From Neoconidiobolus thromboides FSU 785 (lineage: Eukaryota; Fungi; Entomophthoromycota): a DNA stretch of 60,715 bases. Shown piece by piece: positions 1 through 12,032 of the stretch (within the stretch, counting starts at the first letter, position 1; each line of letters opens with the position of its first letter). Under the pieces are notes generated by a model. That model was not told the DNA's origin, made no database searches, and saw only the letters and a list, made by a program, of their open reading frames with translations. The DNA lies in contig MU626384.1 of NCBI GenBank assembly GCA_025603075.1, positions 1 through 60,715 on the forward strand, given 5' to 3'. The translations under genes were made by a program, and so were the position numbers.

Positions 1-521
1 AATAAAACAATATGTAAAGTTTATTCTAATCATTTGTTTAAAATGCTAAATTATAATTCACCATATTCAGGAGACTATTTGATTAATTTAGTATCCAAAA
101 AGCTTCTATTTAAAAAGTTTACAAAAATCAATATATAAGCAAACATAAAAAATCAATAATTTGATTGTTAATAATAAAAGTACAAGATATTGAAAAGTAT
201 TTACATTTTACTAAACACAATAATAAACTAAATTATTATTCAGTATCTGATAGATCAAAAAAAAGGGATACGATTCCAATTAAAGTTACAAAGTCTATAA
301 AAAACAGAAAAATTAAAAAATCAACCCCAGCTTATATTATATAGGAATGTTTAGCTGTAACTTTGGGACTAATCACTCCCCCCATGCAGTTATTTGTTAA
401 CTTGGTGATATATCAACAATGTAATTATAACATTGAAATTATTTATTTGATAGTAAATCTGGAATGCTGGTTATAAACTAGTCAATGGTAGACATTTTTC
501 AATAAGATTTTATGGGAATAT
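1..521 (+). mobile_element. Internally deleted, degenerate relic of the Sola-like transposon family (3' part)
   Basis: Collinear similarity to 17300-18246 of the full copy. Examples: 'aaaaagtttacaaaaatcaatatat' (~114-138 vs ~17368-17392), 'ttccaatta.agtta...agtctata.aaa..cagaaaaattaaaa' (~275-318 vs 17821-17865), and 361-521 vs 18081-18246. No right TIR follows. Confidence 0.8.
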
Positions 522-699
522 GTACTTATTTACATAGTACAACTTTGATTAATATTAATATATAGGTTATATTAGTAAAAGTCTTACTAATCCTAGAATT
601 TCTATTAATTTTGATACAAATCATAATAAATTTCAAACTATGTTAGGGTTGCTTTTGCTTTTGCTTTTGCTTTTATAACGAATCTATTTTTACATAGTT

Positions 700-950
700 T
701 TAAGCAAAGTTTTAATAAAATTTTTAAAATTAGACAAAATGAATTTGAGGATCCTCGTATACTGATGAGAGCAGTAGGATCAAGGTTATGTGGGGGGAGG
801 GCTTGGAGGAGTTCGAGATGATACACCGTAAACTTGATTTAAGTTTTAGGATCTGTTAATTGTATCAAGGTTTAATTCAAAGTTCGAATTTTTTGATACT
901 TTCATTCTTGAGATTTGGATAAATTCTTAATTACATTATAAATAAAAGAT
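700..950 (-). mobile_element. Possible degenerate Ty3/Gypsy integrase C-terminal (GPY/F-chromo region) fragment
   Basis: Minus-strand translation KVSKIRTLN*TLIQLTDPKT*IKFTVYHLELLQ loosely resembles the Y.L.LP...IHPVFHVSLLK motif; it contains stops. Confidence 0.25.
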
Positions 951-1236
951 ATACTTAAATAAATAATACTCACATTCATTTTGCTCTATAATTATGATTT
1001 CTAATAATTTAGTTGGAATAAGTACTAAGTAGATATGAATAGTACCAATGTTCTTATGTTCCTAATGTTTTCAAATTAAATAATGATTCCATTATAAATA
1101 TTAAGGACAAATTTTGGAAAAAAAGTAAAAACGCGGACAAATTTTATATAATAATGCCTTGATGACAGTATTGAAAGTATATATATTAGTTAAAAACTAT
1201 TGAGTTAATTTATCATTTTTAAAAAAACGCACTAAA

Positions 1237-1950
1237 ATGAAGCTTTCTATTATAACTATTTACACTTTAACGATTACCACTATCTTCGCTACTTTCTTAC
1301 CCTCCAATTCCAATAAGTTATTAAAGCATAATTTGAGGACTATTGAACATACTACTCCTATCCTAAAGCAAAGCGCTTTTAATGAAATTCAAAGTCAAAA
1401 CACTGGTGCAATCGCTACTGAGCTCAAATTTGATTATAGACTTAAACAAGTAAAGAATATCAATGATTGGAATTCGTTAAATGAAGACCTTATTGCAGCT
1501 AACAAAAAAGTAAAGAAAGAGAGATTAGATATTGATACTATGACCATTCAAAGAGAGTTTGTCCAACTTCGAGAAGAACTTGAGAAGTATAAAAATGCTC
1601 ATTTCAGTCCCAATAAAAGGAGAGTTTTCATTAAGAAAATTGTAAACACTATCCGTGGTCAACATACTGGTCCAATTGCTACCGAACTTAAATTCGATTA
1701 CAGACTTGAGCAGCTGGAGACTATTAGTGATTGGACTATCTTAAATAAAGATCTTCAAGTAACCAATAGGAAAGTAAAAAAAGAAAGATTAGATATTGAT
1801 GTTATGACCATCCAAAGGGAGTTTGTACAGCTTCAGGAAGAACTTAAGAAATACAAAAGTGAGCACTTTGAAGGGAAAAGAAGCTTAGTTTCTCGTTCTA
1901 AAAAAAGAGTTAGAAAGTTTTTAAATAAGCATGCTAAGAGATTGAGTTGA
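1237..1950 (+). CDS. Secreted protein of unknown family with two 88-aa-period tandem repeats, each followed by a KR site and a cationic segment
   Basis: Single-exon 237-aa ORF with an N-terminal hydrophobic signal-like peptide. Repeats start at 1396 and 1660 (264-nt period). Confidence 0.8.
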   Translation: MKLSIITIYTLTITTIFATFLPSNSNKLLKHNLRTIEHTTPILKQSAFNEIQSQNTGAIATELKFDYRLKQVKNINDWNSLNEDLIAANKKVKKERLDIDTMTIQREFVQLREELEKYKNAHFSPNKRRVFIKKIVNTIRGQHTGPIATELKFDYRLEQLETISDWTILNKDLQVTNRKVKKERLDIDVMTIQREFVQLQEELKKYKSEHFEGKRSLVSRSKKRVRKFLNKHAKRLS

Positions 1951-2142
1951 AGTTGATGTAAATAAAATTTTAGTTTCTTTGATACGATTTATCTTTTACA
2001 GTTTTGAATTTAATTTTTGTTTTTGAGTTTTTTAAAATTATCACTTAGCTTTATTCTGCAAAAAAGATTAATAATCAAAAATCAAACTTATTAAATTTAA
2101 TTTTTACATTAGAAATCTATTTTAATTTAGAACGAGCTAAAA

Positions 2143-3282
2143 ATGAGTACACCAAAAAACAACTTAAAAAACGTGAAGCACATAGTATTGGTTCTGTCAG
2201 GTAAGGGAGGTGTAGGAAAATCGAGTGTAACATGTCAGCTTGGTGTAGCATTATCAAAACAAAACAAGAAAGTAGCGATATTAGATGTCGATTTGTGTGG
2301 ACCATCTATTCCAAGGCTATTAGGCATTGAGGATAAAACAGTAGTACAATCAAGCAATGGGTAGGAATCAAAGCAAAGTATAAAATCTGGAAAAGAAATT
2401 AACTATAATTCAGATGGCTTCCAATACCAGTAGATGAAACTGGAAATTTGAGTTGCATGAGTATTGGGTTTCTATTGCCAAATAAGACAAGCTCAGTAGT
2501 TTGGCGAGGACCTAAAAAGAACGGTAAGAAAATTTCAAATTGTTTTATCTGATATTCAACTTCCTATTTTTTAGCAATGATTAAACAATTTTTGAATGAT
2601 GTTTATTGGGGCGAAATAGATTATTTGATCATTGATACTCCTCCAGGTAATTTATTTGTATACTGCATTTTTTTTTAACTAACTTAATTCTATTAAAGGT
2701 ACTTCAGATGAACATTTAGCTTTAGTAGAGTTTTTAAAAGAATATGAGCCAGATGGTGCTGTTTTAGTTACTACCCCTCAGGCAAAATGCTTTATGGATA
2801 TTCATTAATAATTTTACTAATACGTTTTTGTTTACAGAAAGTTTCATTAATAGATGTTAAAAAAGAGTTAAACTTTTGTAGAAAAACAAATATTCCAATC
2901 CTTGGTATAATAGAAAACATGAGTGGTTTTGTATGCCCCCATTGTGCGGTAATAATTTTGATTAAAAGTTATAATCGAAATGTTAAATTTAATAGGAATG
3001 TAGCAACTTGTTTTCTTCAAATGGTGGTAAACAATTGGCTGAAGAATACGCTATTCCATTTTTAGGTAATTAAACCTATAGTATTATATATTAAACTATA
3101 ATGTTATCTGCTTAACAGGAAGAATACCCATTGACCCTCAAATTACTACTTTATTTGAACAAAGTTATTCAAACCAGAATGTTAACGATGAGTCAAAATT
3201 ATTTATAAATCAATATCCCAAGTCTTCCTTATATAATTATCTTAAGTTAATAATAGATAACATTAATATCAAAGATAAATAA
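2143..3282 (+). CDS. CFD1: Cytosolic Fe-S cluster assembly P-loop NTPase Cfd1/NUBP2 (about 7 exons)
   Basis: SGKGGVGKS Walker [35 protein letters not shown] and [11 protein letters not shown] are reconstructed across short introns. No N-terminal ferredoxin-like cysteines, so Cfd1 rather than Nbp35. Confidence 0.9.
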
Positions 3283-3342
3283 TAAAATAATTTAAATTGT
3301 ATAATAACAGCAATAGTAATGTTTGAATTAATATTTTTATTT

Positions 3343-5071
3343 TTAAAGTTCGTCTTTATCTTGATTCTTTTTCCCCTTTTTAACTTTCTTAAGTTTAGGG
3401 TTAAAAGTATAGGAATAAAGTTTGATTTTTCCATTCAAAGCTTGAGTTAAGTATTCTTCCACTTGAGTTTGATATCCCTCTAGGTTCTCTAAACTTTTAA
3501 TGGCATATAACTTACGTTTAGGGTGAATTAAAATAACGGTAGGGTTATCTTGGTTCGAAATGTCAAACTGTTTAAACAAAAAAGTGTGCTTCATTGGTAT
3601 ACTATAATACATATTTAACTTTGGAGTATTGGATGGTAAGTTGTTGTTCAATTTTAAATCATATAAATTCTTTTTGATCTGTTTCAACTGTTGGGTCAAC
3701 TCTTCTACATTCTCCTTTTTGATAAAATTCAAAACACATATACCTTCTTTATTAATACATTCCTTTTCAAATTCTTCCTGTTCAATTAACTCAGTAACGC
3801 TTGGATCGACTATAAACAAATTAATCATTTTTATTTAAGTATTATTGTTAATTATTATTACATGGCTCTACTCTTGGTTTAACTTCTCCCTCTTCTTCTT
3901 CTTCTTCCTTCTTTCCCTTTTTCTCTTTCTGTTGTTTCTTTTCAGGCTTTGGCTTTTTCTTAGGCTTTTCGGATTTCTCTTTTGATGGAAGACTGTGTTT
4001 TTCAACAAATTGCTTGAGATTCTTTGCATTCAATTCTCCTAAAAATGAAGTAAATATTTTAATATTAAGGACTCCAAACAAACTTACCATCAAATACAAT
4101 TAGCTTATTAATATCGTACTCCTCACTTAAATCCTTTGAAGGGATAACAACTAAAGTAGGAAATTTACTTACATTGTATTTTTCTAATAATCCCTTCTCA
4201 GTTTTTCTGACTTCTGAAAATTCCATCCGATCTGAAAATTCTACTGCAATAGCTTTATAAAGCGAGGTAGTGCTACTTTTTTCAGTAAACAATAAAGCTT
4301 TTGGTGTAAACTCATTATTTTTATTCTATTTTAAAATTAGAATTTTTCCTTCAATAATATACCTAAAATTACCTCAAGTGCTAAGAAATCTTCCAACTTA
4401 ATATTCATTTTTGATTTTAAAGGCCCAGTAGTGACCCTTTTTACTAAATTAGGGATAGCATTCTTGACAAAATCCATCATCTCTTTCTTTGTTCTTGCGC
4501 CATTGTAATCTGGTTAAAATTAATAAACTAAAACAACTATTTAAATCGTTAACATTACCACTAGGGACCTTTTTCTTTCCTTTTGATTTTACTGAACTTG
4601 GGAACAATTTGATTGTGGGGAAACCTGGCAAAATATAATAAATACTGTAAGTTAATAAGGTGGATATAAATTACCTTGGATACCATACTGCGCGCAAATA
4701 GGCTTGTTTTTCTCTTCATCACAATCAATAGCTGCAACTTGAGCTAAATCTTTTACTTTTGAAGCTACTGATTCATAAATTGGCTTTAAACTATATAATA
4801 ACTTTACTGAATGACTTTTTTCATAATTAAAGTCAGGCTTACTTTTTACAATGTCCACACCAAGGAGCATAAAACTCAACCAAAGTAACTTGCTGATAAA
4901 AGTTGTTACTATTTTACATGAAAAATGATTATTAGTATTTACCTTTGCTTGTACCACCTTGTTATGAAAATTATCTGCAGTCAACTGAATGACTGGGGAA
5001 TTTTTATTGTACATAGAAGCTATTGGTACTATAGCTTGTGCTATCAATGATAACAATATGAAATTGTTCAT
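3343..5071 (-). CDS. ER protein disulfide isomerase family protein (MPD1/PDIA6-like), multi-exon
   Basis: Signal peptide; VEFYAPWCGHC active site (~4845-4885); VAAIDCD; GFPTIKLF; further thioredoxin-like folds; C-terminal KDEL. Confidence 0.85.
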
Positions 5072-5395
5072 TCTGCTTAAATGGTATAAAAAGTTTAACT
5101 CACTTATAGTTTCTAGTTATAAATTCGTTTCAATCTATTCTTGAAAATTTAATTTTTAGCCACGTAGCAGAAGTCAAGTTTATTTGAATTTAATTGGTTA
5201 AATAACAGATTAATTTTAATTGGTTACTTTGATTTTAGTACTACATCCCTTATAAAATTACAGCTTTAGACTCAAACCCAACTTCAAAAAAATCCATCAA
5301 TTAACACATAGTGATGTCATGACTTTTATAAAAGGTCTATCAACAATTCTAAAAACAAAATCAATTTCTATTCTTAACTATTAAAAACAAGCAAA

Positions 5396-5644
5396 ATGGA
5401 GCCTCCAAAGTATTATATAACCTTAAAGCAAGACGCTAGTGATTCGGCAGAAAAAGAGATCAGTGACTATATCTACAAATCTTATGGCAAAGTTATTAAA
5501 GATTCAAACAGTATCAATGACCAAGTGAGTGAACAAGGATTACCTGCTCAGAGAATGTTTTTGGCTAGCATACCTAATGATATCTATAACACTGTAGAGA
5601 GTAACCCTAATGTTGACACTATTTCACCACTTGTTTTTATGTAA
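5396..5644 (+). CDS. Small stand-alone peptidase inhibitor I9-like (subtilisin propeptide-like) protein
   Basis: 82-aa ORF with pattern KYYITLK...I...GKVI.D...FLASIP...V.S.P.V..I resembling I9/POIA/Pbi2; no signal peptide. Confidence 0.5.
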   Translation: MEPPKYYITLKQDASDSAEKEISDYIYKSYGKVIKDSNSINDQVSEQGLPAQRMFLASIPNDIYNTVESNPNVDTISPLVFM

Positions 5645-5809
5645 TTGAAATAAAGCTATATTTATAATTACTATTGTCTTTTTAAAATAGTCTTATATTC
5701 TTCTAGTTTATAAATTTTTATTGTTTTAAATTAAATTTTTTTTATGAGTGCATAATTAGATGCTTTACCTTGTCATAAGTTCTATATAAACAAAGCGTCA
5801 CTTGCATAT

Positions 5810-5908
5810 GGGGATGTATTTTTGTATTTAATAATTTTACTAACAAATTTTCCGCTTAAATAGCACTTAAAGAATGGAAAAAATAATGAAGTCAAAAAAG
5901 ACACTCCC
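5810..5908 (+). mobile_element. MITE copy 1 (~99 bp)
   Basis: GGGGATGTATTTTT...ACACTCCC termini; flanks ATAT / ATGT. Confidence 0.9.
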
Positions 5909-6103
5909 ATGTTTTAACATAGTATGAATAAAAACACCAAAACATAAAAGTAACAAGTTTAAAAACATTGAAAATTTTTATTATTTTAGTTAATCTGTTG
6001 AAGAAACTATAGAATTAAAAAGGTTACTTTTAACTCAAACAAAAAAGGTGGTATTCATGATTTACACCTGTTGAAGAATAAATACAAATTAAAAATAGTA
6101 AAA

Positions 6104-8401
6104 TTAATTGCTTGAACGGAAAGATTTAGCAACTTCAGTCATATTACGAAGAGCAGCTTCAACCTCTGGCCATCCACGAGTTTTAAGACCACAATCTGGG
6201 TTGATCCAAAGGAGTCCAGTTGGGAGGTATTTAAGCATAGCAGCAACACGCTCTTTCATTTCTTCAACGGAAGGAACACGAGGTGAGTGAATATCATAAA
6301 GACCTGGACCAATTTCGTTAGTGTAAGAGTGTTGTTCAAAAGCATTAAGTAATTTGAGGTCAGACTTTGAGTTTTCAATAGTTATGACATCAGCATCCAT
6401 GCGTTTGATGGATGGGAAAATATCATTGAAATCAGAGTAGCACATATGAGTGTGGATTTGAGTGACATCTTCAACCCCAGTTGAGGAGAGTAAGAAGGCA
6501 TCAACAGCCCATTGAAGGTAAGCTTCCCAATCAGCACGACGGAGTGGAAGGCCTTCACGGATAGCTGGTTCATCAATTTGAATGGCTGGGATACCAGCAG
6601 CTTCAAGATCTTTAACTTCATCACGAATAGCGAAAGCAAGTTGGTTGGCAGTATCTTTACGTGGTTGATCATCACGTACAAAGGACCATTGAAGACAAGT
6701 GATTGGCCCAGTCAACATACCTTTCATTGGCTTCTTGGTTAATGATTGAGCATATTGAGACCAGTAGACAGTGATTGGACGAGAACGGGAAACATCACCA
6801 TAAATAACTGGTGGTTTAACGCATCTAGAACCATAGGATTGTACCCAGCCGTTTTGAGTGAAGACATGACCTTCAAAGTTTTCACCAAAGAATTCAACCA
6901 TATCATTACGCTCAAATTCACCATGGACAAGGACATCGATCTCAGCATCTTCTTGGAAACGAACACATTTTTCAACTTCCTTCTTAATGAACTCATCATA
7001 TTGTTCTGGGGTCCATTCACCCTTCTTTACTTTGGAACGAGCAAGACGGACTTCTTTAGTTTGTGGGAAGGAACCAACAGTGGTAGTTGGGAATTTGGGA
7101 AGGTTAAGTTTAGCTTGTTGCTTAGCTTGACGTTCTGGGAATTCTGACTTACGTTTAAGATGTTCTGGGGAGATAGATTCAAGACGATCTTTAACTTCTT
7201 TACGATGGATACGAGAAGAGGAGCTACGAGATTTTAATGATTTAGCATTAGCATCAAGTTCAGCTTTGACGGATTCAACTCCGTTCCTAACAGCCTTAGC
7301 AATGATTGAGATTTCATGTACTTTTTCTACTGAGAAAGATAACCAGTCAAGGATTTCTTTATCCATCTTGGTTTCACTTTCAATAGAATGTGGAGTGTGA
7401 AGGAGGGAGGAAGAAGGAGCAACTAAAACACGATCTTCTCCAAGCACTGAAGCAGCCTTTTGAACAGTTTCAATAGCAGCGGCAAGATTGGCTTTCCAGA
7501 TGTTACGTCCATCAACAACACCAAGAGAAAGGGATTGGTGAGGACCAATCTTAGAGAGAACAGTGGTAAGCTGTTCCGGAGCACGGATAAGATCAATATG
7601 GATGGCATTTACTGGAAGTTGGGTAAGGAAAGAGATATTTGAATCAACGCGACCGAAGTAGGTTGTGATTAAAATGTTAAGACCAGCCTTTGAAAGAACA
7701 TCATAAGCTTGTTTATAAGAAGCAGCAAGAGATTCAGGTTGATCAAGAACCAAGATAGGTTCATCAACTTGAACATTCTTGGCACCAGCCTCAGCTAGTT
7801 TTTTGAAGAGTTGTTCATAAACAGGAATAAGTTTACCTAAAAGAGTGATTGGCTCTACACTTTGTCCTTTAGCTGACTTACCGAGTTTTAAGAACGAAAT
7901 TGGACCAAGGATGACTGGTCTGGTTTCAATGCCTAAAGCTTTAGCTTCAAGATACTCATCAACTGGTTTAGTGTTGTTAAGTTTGAATTCTTGGTCAGCA
8001 GTGAATTCTGGGACAATATAATGATAGTTAGTATCAAACCATTTTTTCATCTCTTGGGCTGGAACATCGACAGCTTCAACATCAGCGCCAGCTTGGCGTT
8101 GGAGACCACGACCCATAGCGAAAAAAGACTCTAACCCATGTTTAAGATGGGCATATTTTTGTGGGATAACACCGAAAGTGTGAGCAGCATCAAGTACATG
8201 ATCATAGAATGAAAAATCGTTGGATGGGATTTGTTCAATACCAGCATCCTTTTGGATTTTCCAGTGCTTGGAACGGAGGTCTTTTGCAACCTGTTGTAAT
8301 TCTTGTTCTGAAGTCTTACCAGCCCAATAAGCTTCAACAGCCTTTTTAAGCTCACGGTTAGCACCCATACGAGGGAAACCTAAATTAGTAGCAACAACCA
8401 T
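6104..8401 (-). CDS. MET6: Cobalamin-independent methionine synthase
   Basis: 765-aa intronless ORF. LGFPRMG, KWFDTNYHY, TTTVGSFPQT, HGEFERNDMVEFF, HTHMCYS and WINPDCGLKTR motifs; strong codon bias. Confidence 0.98.
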   Translation of the reverse strand: MVVATNLGFPRMGANRELKKAVEAYWAGKTSEQELQQVAKDLRSKHWKIQKDAGIEQIPSNDFSFYDHVLDAAHTFGVIPQKYAHLKHGLESFFAMGRGLQRQAGADVEAVDVPAQEMKKWFDTNYHYIVPEFTADQEFKLNNTKPVDEYLEAKALGIETRPVILGPISFLKLGKSAKGQSVEPITLLGKLIPVYEQLFKKLAEAGAKNVQVDEPILVLDQPESLAASYKQAYDVLSKAGLNILITTYFGRVDSNISFLTQLPVNAIHIDLIRAPEQLTTVLSKIGPHQSLSLGVVDGRNIWKANLAAAIETVQKAASVLGEDRVLVAPSSSLLHTPHSIESETKMDKEILDWLSFSVEKVHEISIIAKAVRNGVESVKAELDANAKSLKSRSSSSRIHRKEVKDRLESISPEHLKRKSEFPERQAKQQAKLNLPKFPTTTVGSFPQTKEVRLARSKVKKGEWTPEQYDEFIKKEVEKCVRFQEDAEIDVLVHGEFERNDMVEFFGENFEGHVFTQNGWVQSYGSRCVKPPVIYGDVSRSRPITVYWSQYAQSLTKKPMKGMLTGPITCLQWSFVRDDQPRKDTANQLAFAIRDEVKDLEAAGIPAIQIDEPAIREGLPLRRADWEAYLQWAVDAFLLSSTGVEDVTQIHTHMCYSDFNDIFPSIKRMDADVITIENSKSDLKLLNAFEQHSYTNEIGPGLYDIHSPRVPSVEEMKERVAAMLKYLPTGLLWINPDCGLKTRGWPEVEAALRNMTEVAKSFRSSN

Positions 8402-8589
8402 TTTTATTATTGTCTATATTAAATATTATTAAATGAAATCAAAATTATAAAAACAAACTTACAGAGTTTATGATAGATCAAAAATTACTTATATTTTACT
8501 CCCTACTTTCTTGTCCTTTATATACTTTTTGTCCTTATCATTTTTATTATTTATTGATTTTTCATAAGTTTTAGCAAAATTTAATTGAA

Positions 8590-8596
8590 CCAATCA
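8590..8596 (+). promoter_or_regulatory. CCAATCA box upstream of MET6
   Basis: Exact motif ~190 bp upstream of the ATG; the same motif recurs in other promoters of this window. Confidence 0.4.
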
Positions 8597-8749
8597 AATC
8601 TCTTCATACTTACTTCCTGAAAATTAATAACTAAAAGTCAAAAATAGTTATTAATAAATCCTAAAATTATATAATCTGGGAGATGTAAATTAAATAAGTA
8701 AAGGCTGCTGGTTTATATGAAGTAAAGGTATCTTTAGAGTATCTTATAA

Positions 8750-10100
8750 CTATATTAATTTTGGGTTAACAACTTGTTTTTATAAACCATAAAGCTGACT
8801 ATCTTTTTACTAGTGTGAAATTATTTCTAAATTTAGCTCCAAAGCCAACAACCCCGAATAGTACTACCAGAAACCAATAAAACATCTGGATGAAAGAAGG
8901 TGGAATTGGATGATAAAAGTAGACAATGTCGATTTTTGATTGGTGTATCCAATTTAAAGAGTCATGAAATAGTTTAATGTACCATATCCATATGTAATTT
9001 TGAATGTTCTATCTACTTTAATTGTTGCTTTTTTTACTTTAATAATTTTATTCTTAAATTTAAGATCTAGTTTATGTGGATGACGAAACTTAAACTATAT
9101 CCTTGATTGGAATAAATCAAATCAAATAAATATATGCTGCATTTTATTGGATGATAGGGGTAAACGTGGGATGGTATCATCTCTTAAAAAATAGACTAAT
9201 ATTCATTTGAAATCACGCCATCTGAAACAAATTTTCATCATTCATTTTCAATTTCCAAAAAATTGCCCAAAATTATAAAATAAATTATGTGAAATTAGAT
9301 TATTGAAAGTTTTTGCAATCACTTCAAAATTATAACTAGTTATTGTTTAAAATGCTATATTATATATTATGGTCAATATATGCTACTACTAAACAATCTG
9401 AATATGAAAACATACTTTTAATAGACGTCTTTTTATCGAAATATACTACATATGGCTTTATTGCCATTTCTCATTTTACTATTTTAAAAATATTTGATTT
9501 AAAAGTAGCTTGCTTTTAATCGTAAAGCTTTTGAAACCTAGGTACCCTTTTATTATGTCCTTATAATATATATAATTGACCTTTAAAATGAATGGTTTGT
9601 CCATTTGTATGTTTGATATTTAATATATATTATGAAACTTATAAATTATTATTACTAATGATAAATTTTATTTGCTAATATAAAAGGAAAACTCTATAAA
9701 AGTGTTTCTTTAAATTTAATAAATCCTATGATAATCTATAAAACATTAGCAATACCTATTCTGGAGTAAATTAAAAGGTAGGTAAAGTAGCCATTGAATA
9801 GATAAAAGACTTTATAATAGATAAGCGAAGTAACTAAGTAAAAGACCGAAGAGTTGATGAAAAGTATAGTGAATCTCCATGTAAGTCCTTCTGGTGAAGC
9901 ATTGAAGAGGATTCCTTAGTAATTAAATGTTTGAAGATAAGGAATAACTATAAGCAGTCAATAATGCAAGAGCTATGCAATTTTTTAATATGGGATACTA
10001 TGATATAGAGAAATATAGACCTAATTATAGTAAGAAGCGCAGGTAGGGAATATTTAAAAAAAGTTATCTGATATCAATGACCTTCATTATAATAGGAAGA
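8750..10100 (-). mobile_element. Heavily degraded Ty3/Gypsy pol relic (RNase H end then integrase core)
   Basis: Broken minus-strand frames in Gypsy order: IQWLLYLPFNLL...GIANVL*RLS (~9720-9800, like RW.L.L..F.F...ADALSR), then LVVAYIDH / IAKTFNNLISHNLFYNFG / FVSDG...YPYHP (~9130-9400, rve core). No LTRs seen. Confidence 0.4.
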
Positions 10101-10284
10101 GGTTATTAAGGAGAATAATATTACCAGGTTTATGTTAAAGTTAAAGTTCATGTGCCAAAATTAAAAAGTTGTCATTTTGATTTATCTTGTTTAAACTTTT
10201 TAATTATTTTTATATATTCTAACATTATGTTTGCTTATATTGATATAAAATTTCAAAAATAAAGTACAAGGTAAAATAATATAT

Positions 10285-10381
10285 AGTGATATATTTTTAT
10301 ATTTAAGAATTTTACTAACAATTTTCCCGCTCAATAGTGCTTAAAAGATGGAAAAAGTAATGAAGCTAAAAAAAACACCCC
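10285..10381 (+). mobile_element. MITE copy 2
   Basis: Degenerate left end AGTGATATATTTTT, right end ACACCCC, ATAT on both sides. Confidence 0.85.
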
Positions 10382-11172
10382 ATATCGATTTTTAAATTAT
10401 TATTTAATTCAAGAATCTAATACAATAGTTGAACTTTACTATAGATTGTAATATTATTTTAAATTTTGAACATTTACAAATTTGATATTATGTAAATAAA
10501 CAAATAAAAATTATAAAATAAAAAAATAAAAAAATATTCAAGTGTATGCTATTTAATACTATAGAAATACGGGTTTAAAATTTTATTTAACAATAATTAA
10601 AATAAAGATAGTTTGCAGTTTATATCTTAAATCGTAAAAGATCTAATCATTAAATAAGATATATAGCTAGTTTTTATTTTACTTTACTTAATATTACTAT
10701 ATCGTATTTAAGTAGAAAATATATGAAGGAACATTAACTATATCGCTTTTATATAAAGATTGAGCATTGATTTATAATTTAAATAGATTTTTTATAATTT
10801 TTTTAAAACACAATTAACAACTATAAACTATTTTGGATAGTTATTTTAGTTTTCATATTTAGTAAGAGTAAGATTGTTGTACTGGAGATTTATGTTATCA
10901 ACTTCATTTATATACTTATAATTAATACCTATAAAGTGTTGAATTTTTACATATTCATTAGGAAATAACATGGCGTAGTAACTAAGTTAAATTTCTGGGT
11001 TTTCTTTAATAAGTGTTGTTATCCAAAGACGTTAATTTTCAAAAAATTTATTCTAAGAATACAACAGCATTTCCCTTCGATTCTGAATTATTTAATTAAA
11101 AAAATCTAAAACATAAATACAACAAAATTTAAAATTTAAAATTATTTTTATTATGACAGACTATTTCGAAGA

Positions 11173-12032
11173 TCAATCCTTTTTATTAATGATTATAACT
11201 TCGTTATTTCGTTCCAAAGACTCTTTACTTTTAACTGTAGCTTTGGGTTCGCTCTTTTTATCCTTATCTAGTAACTCTTTCCTCTGCTTTTCAATAACAT
11301 CCAAAGCCTCCTTTGCTTTTTCCACTTCTTTTAATATATCTTTACTACTCTCTGACTTATCATTATTACTGTTTAAAGAGTTAATAAATGAATAAAGCAA
11401 TTTTGTATTGATCTCGTTGAGCGAACTAAGCTGATGCACTTGTTTTTGTAGTTCTATTAATGTTTCATGGTTTTTTTTCCTTTCCAACTGATATTCATCA
11501 TAATGGGACTTAAAGTCATCAATGGCATCATCAACATACACTTTTCTTGTTGAAGCATTCACTTTGGATCTATAAGCCTCGTACCCTATGATCCCAGCAG
11601 CTACTGAAAAAATTAAAAACTCGCTCAGAAAATTGGAGCCTAATTCTACTGCCCTGATAGCTATATGAGATATCCAATATACTTTAGTTGTAAAAATCGA
11701 AATACCTGCTATCGGAAAGCGGTCTTATACGCTCTTTTTCATATCCTAAAAAATTCATCTTTAGCTTCATATCGATTCTATGATAGCTCTTGCTATAATT
11801 TTTAGTACGAATAACGGTATCAATTTATGAAAAGTTACTTGTGCAATCCCAATACAAAAAGATTTAAATAAATCACTATTTTTGGTTTGATTTTTTAATG
11901 AATTCGCAACTAAAATGATAAAAATTTAAGAAATAAATTTATAAATGACCTAGCATCTTTAATTAAAAGCATTGCCATACCTGGTTTAGCTAAAGTCCTG
12001 ACAACCAAAGCGCCTAATTTTAACGTAGCCAT
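11173..12032 (-). CDS. OPA3: OPA3-like mitochondrial protein, multi-exon
   Basis: Spliced N-terminus MATLKLGALVVRTLAKPVANSLKNQTK...FCIGIAQ and AVELGSNFLSEFLIFSVAAGIIGYEAYRS are typical of the OPA3 family; coiled-coil tail. Confidence 0.85.

Noticed and set aside
6108-8364. Short ORFs overlapping MET6 in other frames or strands
   Set aside because: Shadows of a codon-biased gene with no recognisable motifs.
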